Of a stretch of 64,000 bases of DNA, positions 50,961 through 64,000 are shown one piece after another (within the stretch, counting starts at the first letter, position 1; the number at the start of each line of letters is the position of its first letter). A model generated the notes under the pieces. That model saw only the letters and a list, made by a program, of their open reading frames with translations. It made no database searches and was not told the DNA's origin. Source of the stretch: Eledone cirrhosa (Eukaryota); the NCBI GenBank assembly GCA_964016885.1, contig OZ024743.1:94488001-94552000 (forward strand), given 5' to 3'. The position numbers and the translations under genes were made by a program.

Positions 50961-53230
50961 TATATTAGACGTTGTCAATCTCATTCTTGATAGTAAAAGA
51001 GTAAAGAGTAAAAACCCCCATCCTCAGTCAAAAATGACCATGGGTTTTGCACCGAGAAAGTTCCGCTCAAAAACCCAAGTCCGGGCAAGCTTGTTTGTGG
51101 AAGACCAGCAGTCACCCATAGATGCAGTCTTCCCTCTAACTTCTCCCCGTCACTAATTTGTCGTCCAAAGGAAAGGTAAAAACCGACACAGCTTGAAATT
51201 AGTGATGTCGCAACTCTTTTCTACAGCTGATGGAACTGGAGTAACAAGGACACAACACATCACCCAGTCCGGGAATGGAATCCACAGGCTCACAATTGTA
51301 AGTTCCATGCTTTAAACCCCAAGCCACGTGCCTTAGTATTCTTGATAGTTATATTTTCTTTTTCAAAGGAAAAATCTACCTCTATTTTATAACAGGGCTT
51401 CTCAAAGCTTTGTACTTGATAGATACTTTTAATTTTTCTTCACTCCCTCCTCAAACAAATCAAACGTTCATTGAAATAATCCGTTTCTTTTGAACGGATT
51501 ATTCGCGAACGACTTATCACTACTGTTCATGACACCTAATAAAGCATTGTGCTAGATGTACGATATCTACCAGTTAGTCTACATGGTTCAGGATTACCCT
51601 TTTCCCTTTCAAGGAAGGGTGATCCTTAATTTGGGTCGCGACGTGTTATGTCTCATTCTCTGCTTCCAGCATTGTCGCTTCGGCTACAAACCCGAGAGGA
51701 AGATAGTTAAATACCGGAAGCCTGCCCGACCTCTTCCTATTGGTACCGGTTTTCATCGAAACCTCTGGTGTCCTTGATCCTCGCACTGCTGATTTCCTCA
51801 TTAAAAAAGACAGTGGCCCGCTATAGGGAAAAACCGCGTGGGGAAACTGTTGCAGTGGATGTCCCTGTAACACCTTTGCCATTTTGTCAACGTAGCACGG
51901 CTGAGGCACCGTTTAGACTAAAGTATAGTGTCTGTCCCTCCCCATCTCCCTTTCTATCGTTGCTTGATTTTTTTTTTTATTATTTCCATTTTCTTTTTTT
52001 TTAAATTGATGTTGGCTTTAATAGTGTGTCTTGTTTTATTTCGTTTTTAAACAGCTTTTTTTAAACAGCTTTATGAAATAAAAAAGGAAGTTGTAAAAAA
52101 AAGAAGAAAAAAAGGATTGCTAAATGCGAACTAGAGAATTCACTCCCGCTGTGGATTGCAAAGTTCTTATTCAATTCCGATGAAGTTTTATTCACCCACA
52201 AAGGGTTTGTATGCACAACTTTAAGAAAACCTTTTGAATATTGGTTGCTACGAGACGTGTAGAATACTCTATGCTGAGTAAATATAACAATCAATTGTTT
52301 CTTTTATCCTGGACATCCTGCTTGACGCATCTACTGGCTCATCTACAGCGAAGTCAAAGGAAGTTCTAGCCAGACAAAGCTATAACGCCGAAGCAAATCA
52401 ATTAAACCGTTGATTGAAGCTATACCTACATATAGAATTAGAGAGAAAGTGACGTCCTCTATCAACTAACTTACCCTGTGGATCCCGGTCGACAAGATGG
52501 AGAATACATTGCCTCGAAGGTCGGTGAGGGAGACGCGCTGGAACAGCCATTCCACCATGCGGGGATCGCACCTGAGGAAGGCCAACCCCGCTCCAATAGC
52601 AGTGAGTAGGAATGTGGTCTGGGGATAGTGGGGGTGACAAGAATGCCGGAAATCTCCACTGCTACAGGCCCTATCACAAACCTATCAGAGAGCGGCCGTT
52701 ACTTTTCTTGATTTAAATCCAAATAACGTTTACAATTTCCGCGTATGATTTTAATGTATAAAAATAGGAAAATATATGATGTAATATTATGTTTATTCAG
52801 ATTCATAATAAAACTCAATTACAATTCTTTGTATGAAAAATAAATAATTATTTTGATAAATGAATAAATGATTACAAAAGGTAACTATATGAAAAAGTTC
52901 ATGTGATATTCTGTTCAAAATTAGCACCGGATTTCGTAAATATATATAGATATATCTCACCATATATTTATTTATATATCTGTTTACTATTGTTAAATAG
53001 TGTTCCATATTTCTATCTTTCTCACCATTCATTCCCCATGTATATAATCATTTATTACCTGTCCTTCCATCCATTCAATCCATACATCTTCCCATCCTGC
53101 AATCCATTCTTACGTTGACTGTTGTTAAATGATGTTCTCTCTTAAACAGTACAATTCAAACGTCTTTTGAAACTACACGTTCAAATGTGTAGTTTCATTA
53201 GGAATGTTGCTTAGTAAAAATGTTGCTGGG

Positions 53231-53430
53231 TTAAAATCTATAATGACAGTATCCACGAATACATCTTTTTGTAATGGGGTCAAACCTTCTACCATAGCCA
53301 CAGGAAGCCACAATATATCTGCCATATGCACAAATAGCATAATGAGAACATATTTGTAAGCAAGGCTGTTTGTCTCTCGATTTACAATTACATGCTTTAG
53401 GAACGAGACATTTTTTGTTGATGTAACATT
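53231..53430 (-). CDS. Tyrosinase-like gene 3, coding exon 4 (chitin-binding type-2-like)
   Basis: TACAG|AA acceptor; KCYINKKCLVPKACNCKSRDKQPCLQICSHYAICAYGRYIVASCGYGRRFDPITKRCIRGYCHYRF*; all Cys conserved with gene 1. Confidence 0.85.
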
Positions 53431-54949
53431 CTGTAATAGAGAAAGAAGAAAGGTTAGCTGAAACAAGACAAATTTACGAAATAGGAAATATATATGTATA
53501 GAATTAATAATCATTTATAAACCAAATGCTTTGGTGCTTATCGTCTCAAATTTACAAGTTGCGTGAAGCTGAATAGTCCTACAGCAAATATGTGATTAGA
53601 TGGCAGATACAACCTGGAAGTAACAACATTTGTGTGTTTTTAAGCATACACACGCACTATATGCAAATGAGCATCGCCAACCAAAATTTAATAGGCAAAC
53701 AGCATATAAGCTTTTAGTTTATTCTTGTCTTATGACAGTGTATATAAAAGCATATCCTTATGTTTATGTATAATAATTTTAAAAGGTGTGAACATGTCAC
53801 AGTTATCTCAGCAGTGGTGAGAATGCCAGGTAGATATTTATGCATTTTATCCTTCAACAGTAACATATATTTACTTGCTACTGAGACAAAATCTGCTAAA
53901 ACCTATATAGTGTTTGCATATCAATAATCCGCTAGTGAAAGGGAGATAATTAGGTAGCAATATCAGCGTTTTTCGTCACAGGGTTGTATATGTTTATGTA
54001 TAATAAACACAAATCTCGCCTTGAAATTTTCAAAAAGTAGGGATCATGTCACAGGTATCTTAGTATTGGTGAGAATGCAAGATAGCTATTTCCGGATTGT
54101 TGTCCTTCATCAGTGACATTTACTCACTCGCTACAGAGACAAAATGGGTTAAATCTCCAATGGTTTTTGCGTATGAGACATTAAATGGAGATGCTCATTT
54201 GCATATAGTGTGAACATTACTGTTGAAAGGGAATAACTATGTTGTACTAACACACACATTGTTCTTTGTCTTGTATGTTGAACCCATAACTTGTAGTAAA
54301 GGCATGGTAGTGTCATACAGCGTTTCTTGGACATTTTTGAAACCTGGTGGAGTCTACTCCACCCAAGGGCTAATTACAGTCAACTTCTTCCAGGGAGGGC
54401 GAGAGAGAGTGATAGAGTGAAGAAGTGAGTAAGAAATACAGAGGTAAAAAAAAACGACACCAGTATTGGACTGGTATCTTTTATTATCGATGACGAATCG
54501 ATGAAAGGCCTAGTTGACCTCAGCAAGATTTGAACTGACAGAGTAGAGAGCCGGAATGAAGACTTCAAAGCATTCTATCTGACGTTCTAAAGACTTTGTT
54601 AATTCGCCGCCTATTTATCTTGTAGGATACATTATATATTGTAACGAAATGTGAACCCATGAAAAACTAATGCTGTATGTCTGTTTTGGTATACGTCCTC
54701 AAATATAAACATTCTTCACTACTCTAGTTACAATAACCTATACTGACCTATATTTGTTTATTTTAACCATGATATGGTCACATACACCCCCTCCTTTGAT
54801 AAACAGTTCTTCACACTTCGACTACCCCTACCTTTATTAGACTACAACCATCACCATCTACCATATCCATAAGAGCTACTATCACATACAAATATACATA
54901 TGAGTGCACATTACACTGCTCTGAAAAGTTCAACATTATAAAAATAAGT

Positions 54950-55355
54950 GTTTCTACTTTTGGCACACGTCCAGCAATTACCCCAGTGCATTACTGGTAC
55001 TTTATTTTATCGACCCCGTAAGGATGAAAGACAAAGTTAACATCGTCTGGATTTGAACTCTGACCGTAAAGGGACGTAACTATGCTGGAAAGCATGTCCA
55101 ACCCTCCACCGATACTGCACATTGACCGCCCAATTCACTGCCAAAAAATAATGGGTTCTAATTTAAGTAGAAAATCAGCAATTTGGGGAAGAGGAAAATC
55201 GATTAAATCGACACCAGTACTTTCCTGGTACTTAATTATATCGGCTTCTGGAAGGATGAAGGGTAAAGTTGACTTCAACAAGATTTGAAACCAGAACGTA
55301 AAGAACCGGAACAAGTACATGGACCTTTGTCCGGTACTTTAACCATTCTGCCAAT
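54950..55355 (-). mobile_element. Octopus-type SINE copies in intron 3 of gene 3 (others at ~54460-54610, 57360-57550, 58050-58160, 62590-62730, 140-240)
   Basis: SINE body motifs. Confidence 0.7.
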
Positions 55356-55375
55356 CAAAACACATAATTACTTAC

Positions 55376-56943
55376 TTTGAGATGTTGTTGTTGGTACTAG
55401 TGTTGTTGTTGTTGTCGGTACTGGTGTTGTTGTTGTTGTTGTCGGTACTGGTGTTGTTGTTGTTGTTGTCGGTACTGGTGTTGTTGTTGTTGTTGTCGGT
55501 ACTGGTGTTGTTGTTGTTGTTGTCGGTACTGGTGTTGTTGTTGTTGTTGTCGGTACTGGTGTTGTTGTTGTTGTTCGAACTTGTGTGGTCGTTGTTGTAG
55601 TCACATTACTGCTGGTAAATGGCCACCGGCTGTCATCACAGTGGAAAACAATTGGAATATTCTGGTGCTTCAGTTTCGGTCGAATCTGGTTGTTATAATC
55701 CCAGACCTTCATGTAAGTATCTGCGAGGGTTTTACCGTAGAAGGCAGTGTCGTTACGAGTTATGTTCAAAAGTCCTATACATTCTGTGTATCTTGGTGGG
55801 TTGGAACCTGGAACTAAGCAAGATGGCCGGCATATTCTTCCACATTGTTCCGTAACTGTTAGAAATACGAGAGCAGCTCCTTTTTCGGGGTCTCTGATAC
55901 CGATATAAGCTAGATCTGATGATACAGCTAATCTACGGTCCACTACCACCATTTCTTCATAATTTCCAAAATAATTGATGCCACTGGCTTGAACATTCAC
56001 TCTTCCTGCTGGTCCACAACACTTATTCATTCGACAAGTAGAATTACTGGACGAGGAATTTTTGGATAGACTGTTGTCGTATATATCATTCAATAAGTTT
56101 GGTTGACCATTTACGATTGGGAAATTTCCAAATCTCATCGTCTCGTAAGGTCGTTCGTAAATTATTTCGATCGGAATAAATGCCCATTCTTTTAAATCAC
56201 ACACACGGTTGATACAAAACATATTTTGATAGGGAATGAGAGTATTACAACGAGTTGTTGATTTAGATTTTGTTACACATCTACCATTTTCGCATGTTAA
56301 GTATCGAGGATTACAAAGATTTGGATTGTAAGTACAATTTCCAAGTAAGTAATCATAATCATATTTGTAAATACCAGTGTAACTTTGAGTTACTTTTAAT
56401 GCTTCTGCGACTGTTAAATTCATAATGCCAATACTTTGGTTGGGAGCATAAATATCTAAACCAAAATCTGTAGGATAATCTGTTGCAGGATCGATGTTGT
56501 TTTTCCTTTGGTTTTCATTGAAACGTGTGTGAACAAGTTCTACATAACTGTGAAGTAGAAAGAAGAAAGGATCCATAGGTGCAGATGGAATCATAGCCAT
56601 ATGTCCTCCAACAGAAACGTGCATAGAATTATGCATAAATTCAAAGTTATAGCGTTCGAGTGCATTTGGTTCTGATATTTCTTCGAGTTTCGTTCGAGTG
56701 AGAACATCTTCGATATTACGATGTGTTGGCAAAGTTGTGCTGAAACCTCCATTCCTTACTAGATGACCAGATGGTGTGATCCAATTAGCAAACGGTCCAC
56801 GATTCACAAATCCATTGACTGTTCCCATGAACGTGTCCGACCAGATAATGGAATCTCGAGGATTAGAAAGAGAAGCATCAAGAGTTGGATCCCAAAATGG
56901 AATTGTTACAGTTGGTACTTTTGTACGAAGAGCATCTTCCATC
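55376..56943 (-). CDS. Tyrosinase-like gene 3, coding exon 3 (CuB site, Cys-rich region, (T6PVP)n stalk)
   Basis: Open 535-aa ORF 55368-56975; CuB His motifs intact; donor CAA A|GTAAGT, phase 1. Confidence 0.93.
55385..55575 (-). repeat. 27-bp coding minisatellite (TTTTTTPVP)n
   Basis: GTCGGTACTGGT recurs every 27 nt (e.g. 55441, 55468, 55495). Confidence 0.92.
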
Positions 56944-57550
56944 CTGAAATTTAAAAATAAAAACCACATTAACATATTTCTAATGACATATTTAATGAAT
57001 GAAATATTACGAGGGATTTATTTAAATTATCAATTATTTTAATTATTAAGATCGTATTCGTTTCAAAGCTTATCTAACGGGCTTAAATAAAATTTATATA
57101 AAATTCTCCGAATTGAGAGATCACAGCTCCGATACTATAGGCATGTGGTAGGAATGTCTCAGGAAAGAATCGCTGGACAGATTTTACGGCCAAAATTTTA
57201 TGGCCAAAATTCGCTCCGCCCCGCTTTTTGGAACACTTCAAAAGGCATGCTTGCTGGGAACAGCAAGAACCCTCCGATACTTCCCAATTTGGAGCTCGTT
57301 AAGTATACAAAGATCGGAATTAAGAGTATTCCGCAGTTCATTGTAATAATAATAATAATAATTGTTTCTACTTTAGGCACAAGGCCAGCAATAACCCAGT
57401 GCATTACTGGTACTTTCATTTTATCGACCCCGTAAGGATGAAAGGCAAAGTCATCCTCGGCGGGATTTGAACTCAGATCGTAAAGGGACGTAACTATGCT
57501 GGAAAGCATGGCGTCCGACCCTCTACCGATACTGCCAATCCACCACCTGC

Positions 57551-57605
<55 letters not shown>

Positions 57606-58545
57606 TTGTGTATGTTGTGTTATGTTGACGTTGGATTTTGGATATAAGATAAGTAGTAATCTTCGTTTTTTTTCATTAATTCTTTATTTTAACATAGATG
57701 GAGGAAAAGACTATGAAAGGGAACCAAAAGGGAAATGAAAAGAAGAAAAAACAAGAATCAAGCAACGAAAGAAAGGGAAAATGGGGGACAGACACTACAC
57801 CCCAGTTTGAGCAGTGCCTCAGCTGCGCCCCGTGGACAAAATGACAAAGGCATATACCACGGAGAATGGCTAGAGATACCCGCTACAACAGCCATCCCAT
57901 CTCACGGGGCTTCCTCCTCGAGCTAGCTGCTGTCTTTCCGATAAGCAGTGTGGGGACCAAGGACATCAGAGGTCTCGACGGACACCGGTACAACGAAGAA
58001 GCGGTTGGTCAGGACCCGGTATTAAACTACAATTATATTTCATGCCTTGCGGTATTCATTTTGGTTATCTTCTCTCTGAGTTCAAATCCCGCCGAGGTCA
58101 ACTTTGCCTTTCATCCATTCAAGGTCGAAAAAAGTACCAGTCTAGTACTGGGATCGATACTTCCTCTATATATCTTTCTCACTTTCATTCTCTCACTCTA
58201 TCCTTCTCTGGAAGAAATCTGCTTTATTCAGAACTAGGGTGGAGACGGGCTCTGTCAGGTTTTAAAAAATACCATAGAATCACTGTATGTCAATATGTGG
58301 CTCCTACAAGTCCCACACAAGAACATCTGTTAAAACAGCAAAATGCCGACAATATTCATGGAATAATGGCGAAAAATCAGCGCAAGAGTAGCTGTTAAAA
58401 CATGGTATTTAACGGCATTTTGGTGTTAACAGCTATTCTTGCGATGAGTTTTATTTTTCATTATTCTATGAATTCTAATATTAAAGTTATTAGCATAATA
58501 TTACAGTAGAAAAAATAAGTAATTGGAAAATACTGAATTATTTAC

Positions 58546-58658
58546 ATTTTTAAATATATTCTGTGCCAGGTGAGGAATACAGGACCATTGTGAGCATTTC
58601 TGGCAGTTGCACCTGTATGGAGGAAGGCGATAGCATCGTAAACATTTGGTTCCATGCT
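58546..58658 (-). CDS. Tyrosinase-like gene 3, coding exon 2 (CuA site)
   Basis: SMEPNVYDAIAFLHTGATARNAHNGPVFLTWHRIYLKM; canonical AG/GT; 113 nt. Confidence 0.92.
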
Positions 58659-58738
58659 CTGTAAGATAAAGAAAGAGATATAAGACATTACAATCATTGA
58701 AACAAAATATGGAGGCAGGTGTATATATATACACACAC

Positions 58739-58779
<41 letters not shown>

Positions 58780-58893
58780 ATTACTTCTCTCGTAAGTGTA
58801 CATATATATGAATATATAGTGAATTTTTTCTTTTTAAAACTTGTATCACTATCAACTTATACACAACAGCAACACGTCTCTTCTCTTTGCTCT

Positions 58894-59177
58894 TTAACCT
58901 CTTAAAACGTATTGAAGCACAACTAGAGTGTCCTGCCGAGATTTCTTAACCCCACCTTTTTTGTATCATAGTTCTATTGAAATACATTGCAAATAATTTT
59001 CAATGAATTTATGAAAATATATTTTTTTAAATGTTGGAATTCAGTAAAATAACGTTTTCATTAGTAAGCTGGTTACATAAAATTATGATGGAATGTTTCT
59101 ATATAATTATGAACACTTTAAAACGGACAATTTTATATCATAGAATAGGAGCTGTTTTAAGTATCAAAATGGGTTAA
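58894..59177. mobile_element. Possible TTAA-flanked MITE in intron 1 of gene 3
   Basis: TTAACC... / ...GGTTAA ends; absent from gene 1, which has a 30-bp tandem duplication at the equivalent site (6063-6130). Confidence 0.4.
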
Positions 59178-59991
59178 ATGCTATAATTATACTTCTTTTA
59201 AATGATGCAAATGATGATATTGTACAAGTAAACACTTGATCAAATATAAAGACTGTCTGAACAGAAGGTTATTGAGTATATAGCTCTGTAGCCGGCACGT
59301 TACAATGCAAATGATCCAGTAACTCACATACTTTACTAGCGTGTATTAAATCGATCTGCTATGAATAATCCACTTCCACTCACGAAAGTATCTATATGTA
59401 GATAATATACTAGATTTCTCACTTCGCAGCATCCTCAACATCTGCTGGAGTGATAGAGCGATTTTGTTACCAGCATTGAAGTTCTTGAAGAGACAGAGAG
59501 CACCAATGCATGTTTCCCGAATAGAAAATCATCATCGCTGCATGGCGAACTCTTCATTTTCCACTGAAACAGAGGGATCCGCAGAAAACGTACAAGGGTT
59601 CTCTAAAGAAATCTCTTTAAGCATGTCATATTGATCACCACCAGAGGTGTGATATGTCCTCTGATCAGGTGATCTGGTGACATACCATCTGTCAATTTCC
59701 TCCTTCGAGAATGAATGGAGGACTGTTGATGAAGACAAAAGTCCGGGGAAGAAATGTAGTATGGTAACACTGAAACCAGAACAAAATTAGACATACTCTT
59801 GCTTTAGTCGTGTTTGCCTATCTTACGTTTTTCTCGCCAGTTACCAGCGAGCCTACGATAGATGTGGACAGCCCCTTTCATAAATCTTCGTTAACGAAGT
59901 AAAGTCATGATACTAGTTTAGTAAAATATCAAAGTCTGTCAGTACTCTGAACTTCTCTCAATAATATTCATATAAAAAAATAGAACCTTAC

Positions 59992-60360
59992 CGTATCTTG
60001 TTTTAGAAGATGAATACTACGGTGGAAATCATATCTTTCTTGTTCACTGAGTTGTCTATATTCCTTCCTTACTCGGAGCATTTTCAAATGATTTGGTTGT
60101 GATGTTTTTGGTTCATCGGTTGGTAGATTATAATTTAGATAGTTTGTTGTCCAATTAGGACATATTTTCGCCATTTGGAGCTGACCTATGCAATATTTCC
60201 ATATAGCGGCCTTCTTTTCAATTGGTGGATTTGTTGATTTGCATACATTCTCAAAACAGTCTGGAACATAGCTACCTATTTCTGGAACATAATACTGTAT
60301 ATCTGACTTCACGTTAACGAAAGCCAGCAATATGATGAATGCTAGGTACAGACGATTCAT
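59992..60360 (-). CDS. Tyrosinase-like gene 3, coding exon 1
   Basis: Near-identical inverted paralog of 4953-5321; same acceptor before ATG and GTAAGG donor; 369 nt. Confidence 0.9.
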
Positions 60361-63300
60361 TGCTGAAAATATAAGAAAATGTAAAACATCATTCAGACGA
60401 AAGCATGGCTGTTAAGGAGTCTACTTTGCAACCACGTAGTTCTAGGCTCTGTCACTCTGTGTGGTGCTTCGAGATCATTAGCTCAATCCTCATCGAAATC
60501 AACTTTGCCTTTCATTCTTCCAAATTTGATAAAACAAAGTGTCAGTTCAATACAAGGATCGATTCTCTACCTCCTCTCTATTTCTCTAGAAGAAGTCGGT
60601 TATGTTCAGACCTAGAGAGAGATGGGCTCTGCCAGGTTTAAAGTGAATGTAACGACGAGACTCCACCAGGAGTTAAGAGCTCAAAAGACGCACACTTATG
60701 GGATTCAACTCACATATTTGCTTCTTTTTATGGCTTACACTAAAACTAACCTGGGCGGGATTTGAACTCATCCATTTACACAATAATAATTTCAATAAAT
60801 GCTGGAAAGAACGAGTTGATCTTGGTAAATGTTGGTTTCAAAAGTTCTAATTGAGGCGAGTTTAAAGAAATACCCTGTCTAATCGAATATCAATTCAAAA
60901 TTAAGATATATAACACTGACATTCTCCCTCTACCTATTTATGTATTAAATTTTGTTACTTGGTCTGCAAAACAAACTTCGAAAATTGAAGTATTTCAAAA
61001 CCATGTCATGATATTTATTACTGGTAAACGCCTAACCGACAGAGTTAAAATATTATTGTACATCTACGAGAAATGATACAACAATGAGCAGTTTTTGATA
61101 GCAATTCTCTCAAGTTGTTTTGCTACGTCAACTTTTCTATTTGTTGTCTCCCGAAAATCTGTCTGAAGAGGATATTATATCTTGAAAGAGAAATTAGGAC
61201 GCTCCAATGTATATGAAGAGATCAGACCCTAAAATCTGCTTGGAGCATATGGTACATGAAAAGCGAAACTGAAGACGCCTCACTGATAGCTGGAGACACC
61301 ATATCCTAAAATGGTCTTAATCCAAATCATGGAAAGAACTCAATAAAATGACAATAAACAGAGAGAGAGAAATGGAAAAAATACGTTCACAAAGTTTTGT
61401 ACTCTACTACCGGAAACGGAAATAACGATTACCAAGCAGATTTCTAGATTTCTTCAATGGTGATTCAGTGAGACGATTATTATATTTTTGTTTGCTGTTA
61501 CTATTACAATTTTTTGGAGTCTTTTGAGGTGGGAGAAAGGAGATAAGATTGAGTGATGTTTATGAAGAAATTATCGGAGTTATTTGAATTATCTCTACAA
61601 TCCTCACGAAATTATTTCAAAATAATTAGCCATTTTGTCTCTATTGTGGGGTCGTTTACAATTGCTAACGTCTCTCTTGGGAATCCAGTCAGTTCTGTAA
61701 AGAGCGTTGTTTTAAATTATTGGACCTATTGTAGTATATTACTGGTATATATTTAACCAAGCGTAATGTAAGTTAAATCAAAGGTAACCAGAAACATCTG
61801 TGAATTGATTTAAATAGCAATAACTTCATAATGTATTGACACTAGTAAGACTTGGAGATGGTGTTGTATAAATTAGAACTTCAGTTATGTTATTGCTGTA
61901 TGAACTTGTCATAATACAGTAAGACTCTTACCTTCAGTTGGTTCTTAACACTTCCAGAACAATGTAGCTTGACAAAGTGATATGAATTCTTAAATAGTTA
62001 CGGTATATATAGAGAGAGAAATAGAAATATTTGGAAATACCAGAATTTAATTAACTCTATGCCTATTGTTGGTATATACAGTAACAAATGGGAAGTGATG
62101 AATTAATTGCATGTTTCATGCTCTCCCACACACACTTCCCATCCCACAATTGTTGCAATCTAACGTCCTTGTACAGTTGTTGATATCACTCGATACAACA
62201 CGTGCTTATAGTAATCTTACATCAGTCAATGCTGTCCATCCCTGAACTCTCAGTTTATGACGAAATGCATTGCATTGAATATTTTTGAAACCCGTTGTTC
62301 AGGTTGTGGACGTTCTTTCCCACATCATTCCGCACCAAGCAGACATATGGTCAAAGGCGTTCCATTCGTGACCATCCCATCGTTCTTTGTTGTATATATA
62401 TTTTAGGATTACATTGGACAATGTGTTCTCCCGTTTTATAACGGAGGGAATTTGACTATGAAGGTTGTACTCCGTGGTTTGTAACTAACTTTTTAGTTGC
62501 AGCCATGTCATGAGTCCTTAACTCCTGATGCAGTTGGAGGGAGCCCATCGCTCTCCAAATTTTAACAGAGAGAGAGAGTGAGAGAGAGTATTAGACCGGT
62601 ACTTTATTTATCGATCTCAAAAGGATGAAAGACAATGATGACCTCGGTTGGATTTGAACTCAGGGCACAGGGAGCCGGCGCAAACACCGCAAAATATTCT
62701 ATCTGACATTCTAACGACTCTGCCAATTTGCAGCTTAAATTGTTATATGCAATATGAGAATGACGAAAAGAAAAAAGAAAACACATGGAGGAGAAATGCA
62801 AAAGCAGTGGACCCTACACCCTTGACTGCACTTCACAGACAAGATGGCGAAGGCATTACTGTAGAGAAGAGCCAACAATACTTGTTGCGTCAGCCATTTC
62901 TACCTCATGATGTGAACTTTACATCCTTGATGGTCAGTGTATATCAGCTACTGCATCTTACGGACAAAATGGTGAAAGCATTGTCGTGGAGAACAGACAA
63001 CGATACTCAATACATTTATCCATTCCACCTCGTTGAGCTCCTTCCTCAAGCATAATGCCCTCCCTATTGGGAGGAGGAAAAATGACAATCTGTTGATCGA
63101 GGGCACCCAAGGTCTCAACACATTATACTCAACTGTAACCTATGTAGTATGAAAATTTTATCCTAAACTATAGGACTTCAAACATTATCTTGGGTATGAC
63201 TTGAATAATAATGGGCTCAAACAGTTGAATTACCCCAGATTTCCTGACCACTAATATCGAAAGAATTGAAAGCGCATGATCTGGTTGGAGTATTACATCT

Positions 63301-63957
63301 AAACCTTTGCTCATAAAATAGTGGGTTAAATTCCTGGACTGAAACACGCTTTGTTTTCTTGAATAAAATATGTTATTTTATGGTGCTCTTTTTACCAGGA
63401 GTTGTGCCTCACAGATAGTAATCAATAAAGGAAAAGACCAATGAAATAGTTGTTTCCTTGGTCCAATCTGATGACCAGATTCTATTCTTTTTTTCCCCTA
63501 AAGAAATTAAGGTGTTATATTTATCGATATTTCGGAGGAACCCATAAAAGGTGACCTCGGCACTATCAACTGATTTGAACAATGGTACTCTCACTTCATC
63601 TTATTAAGTAATCGAAGCTGGAATGGCTTAACTTGACGGTCTGGTGATAGGAGAGATGGGCAGATAGATTTAAATCCAACGAGAATCGAATTGGAATTTC
63701 ATCAAACTTGGATCCATATTATAAAGTACCATATTCGGGTCTCGAACGCAACAGACTAAACTTGCGCTCAACGTGTGCTCCGCTATGTCTGTGTTGAGAA
63801 ATACAATATATATATATACAATATATATACATATACAATTGTTTCTATATCGATCAGCTCAGGGTACATTTATAATCATGGGGCCTGACTCTTCTTTGAC
63901 ATCTCCTTAAATATGCACGTTTTATGCACTCACGCACACGCATATATATATGCTTGT

Positions 63958-64000
<43 letters not shown>

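Larger units (their letters stand above)
52930..62070 (-). repeat. Outer inverted segmental duplication, arm 2 (pairs with ~3010-9870)
   Basis: Mirror ORFs (3314-3517 vs 61553-61756; 5575-5781 vs 59532-59738) and direct sequence comparison. Confidence 0.9.

Noticed and set aside
51580-52700. GC-richer patches with short ORFs (also 57780-58020)
   Set aside because: No recognisable motif or splice pattern; probably old transposon fragments, cannot be assigned from sequence alone.

Overview
AT-rich, microsatellite-dense eukaryotic DNA, most likely an Octopus/coleoid cephalopod genome (inferred from the abundant tRNA-derived SINE, the repeat landscape and the gene type). The window holds a cluster of secreted tyrosinase-like genes (type-3 copper domain + Cys-rich region + Thr-rich stalk + C-terminal chitin-binding-like exon). 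Two copies look intact and lie in convergent inverted orientation: + strand exons 4953-5321, 6376-6488, 7069-8573, 9278-9477 (728 aa) and - strand exons 60360-59992, 58658-58546, 56943-55376, 53430-53231 (749 aa). A third, disabled copy (46571-49354, +) is preceded by an 83-bp tandem array of its exon-2 splice acceptor. The ~43 kb between the intact genes is filled with Penelope-like retroelements (PLEs) of several families, mostly abutting (TA)n tracts. About ten distinct type-I hammerhead ribozyme motifs can be read by eye, several in short non-coding foldback elements. A ~5.3-kb inverted duplication (26486-31753 / 40988-46723) has its novel junctions at truncated PLE ends. An RTE-like LINE shows a precise 5' inversion. 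Most listed short ORFs are microsatellite or antisense artefacts. All structures were read by eye; none was computed.
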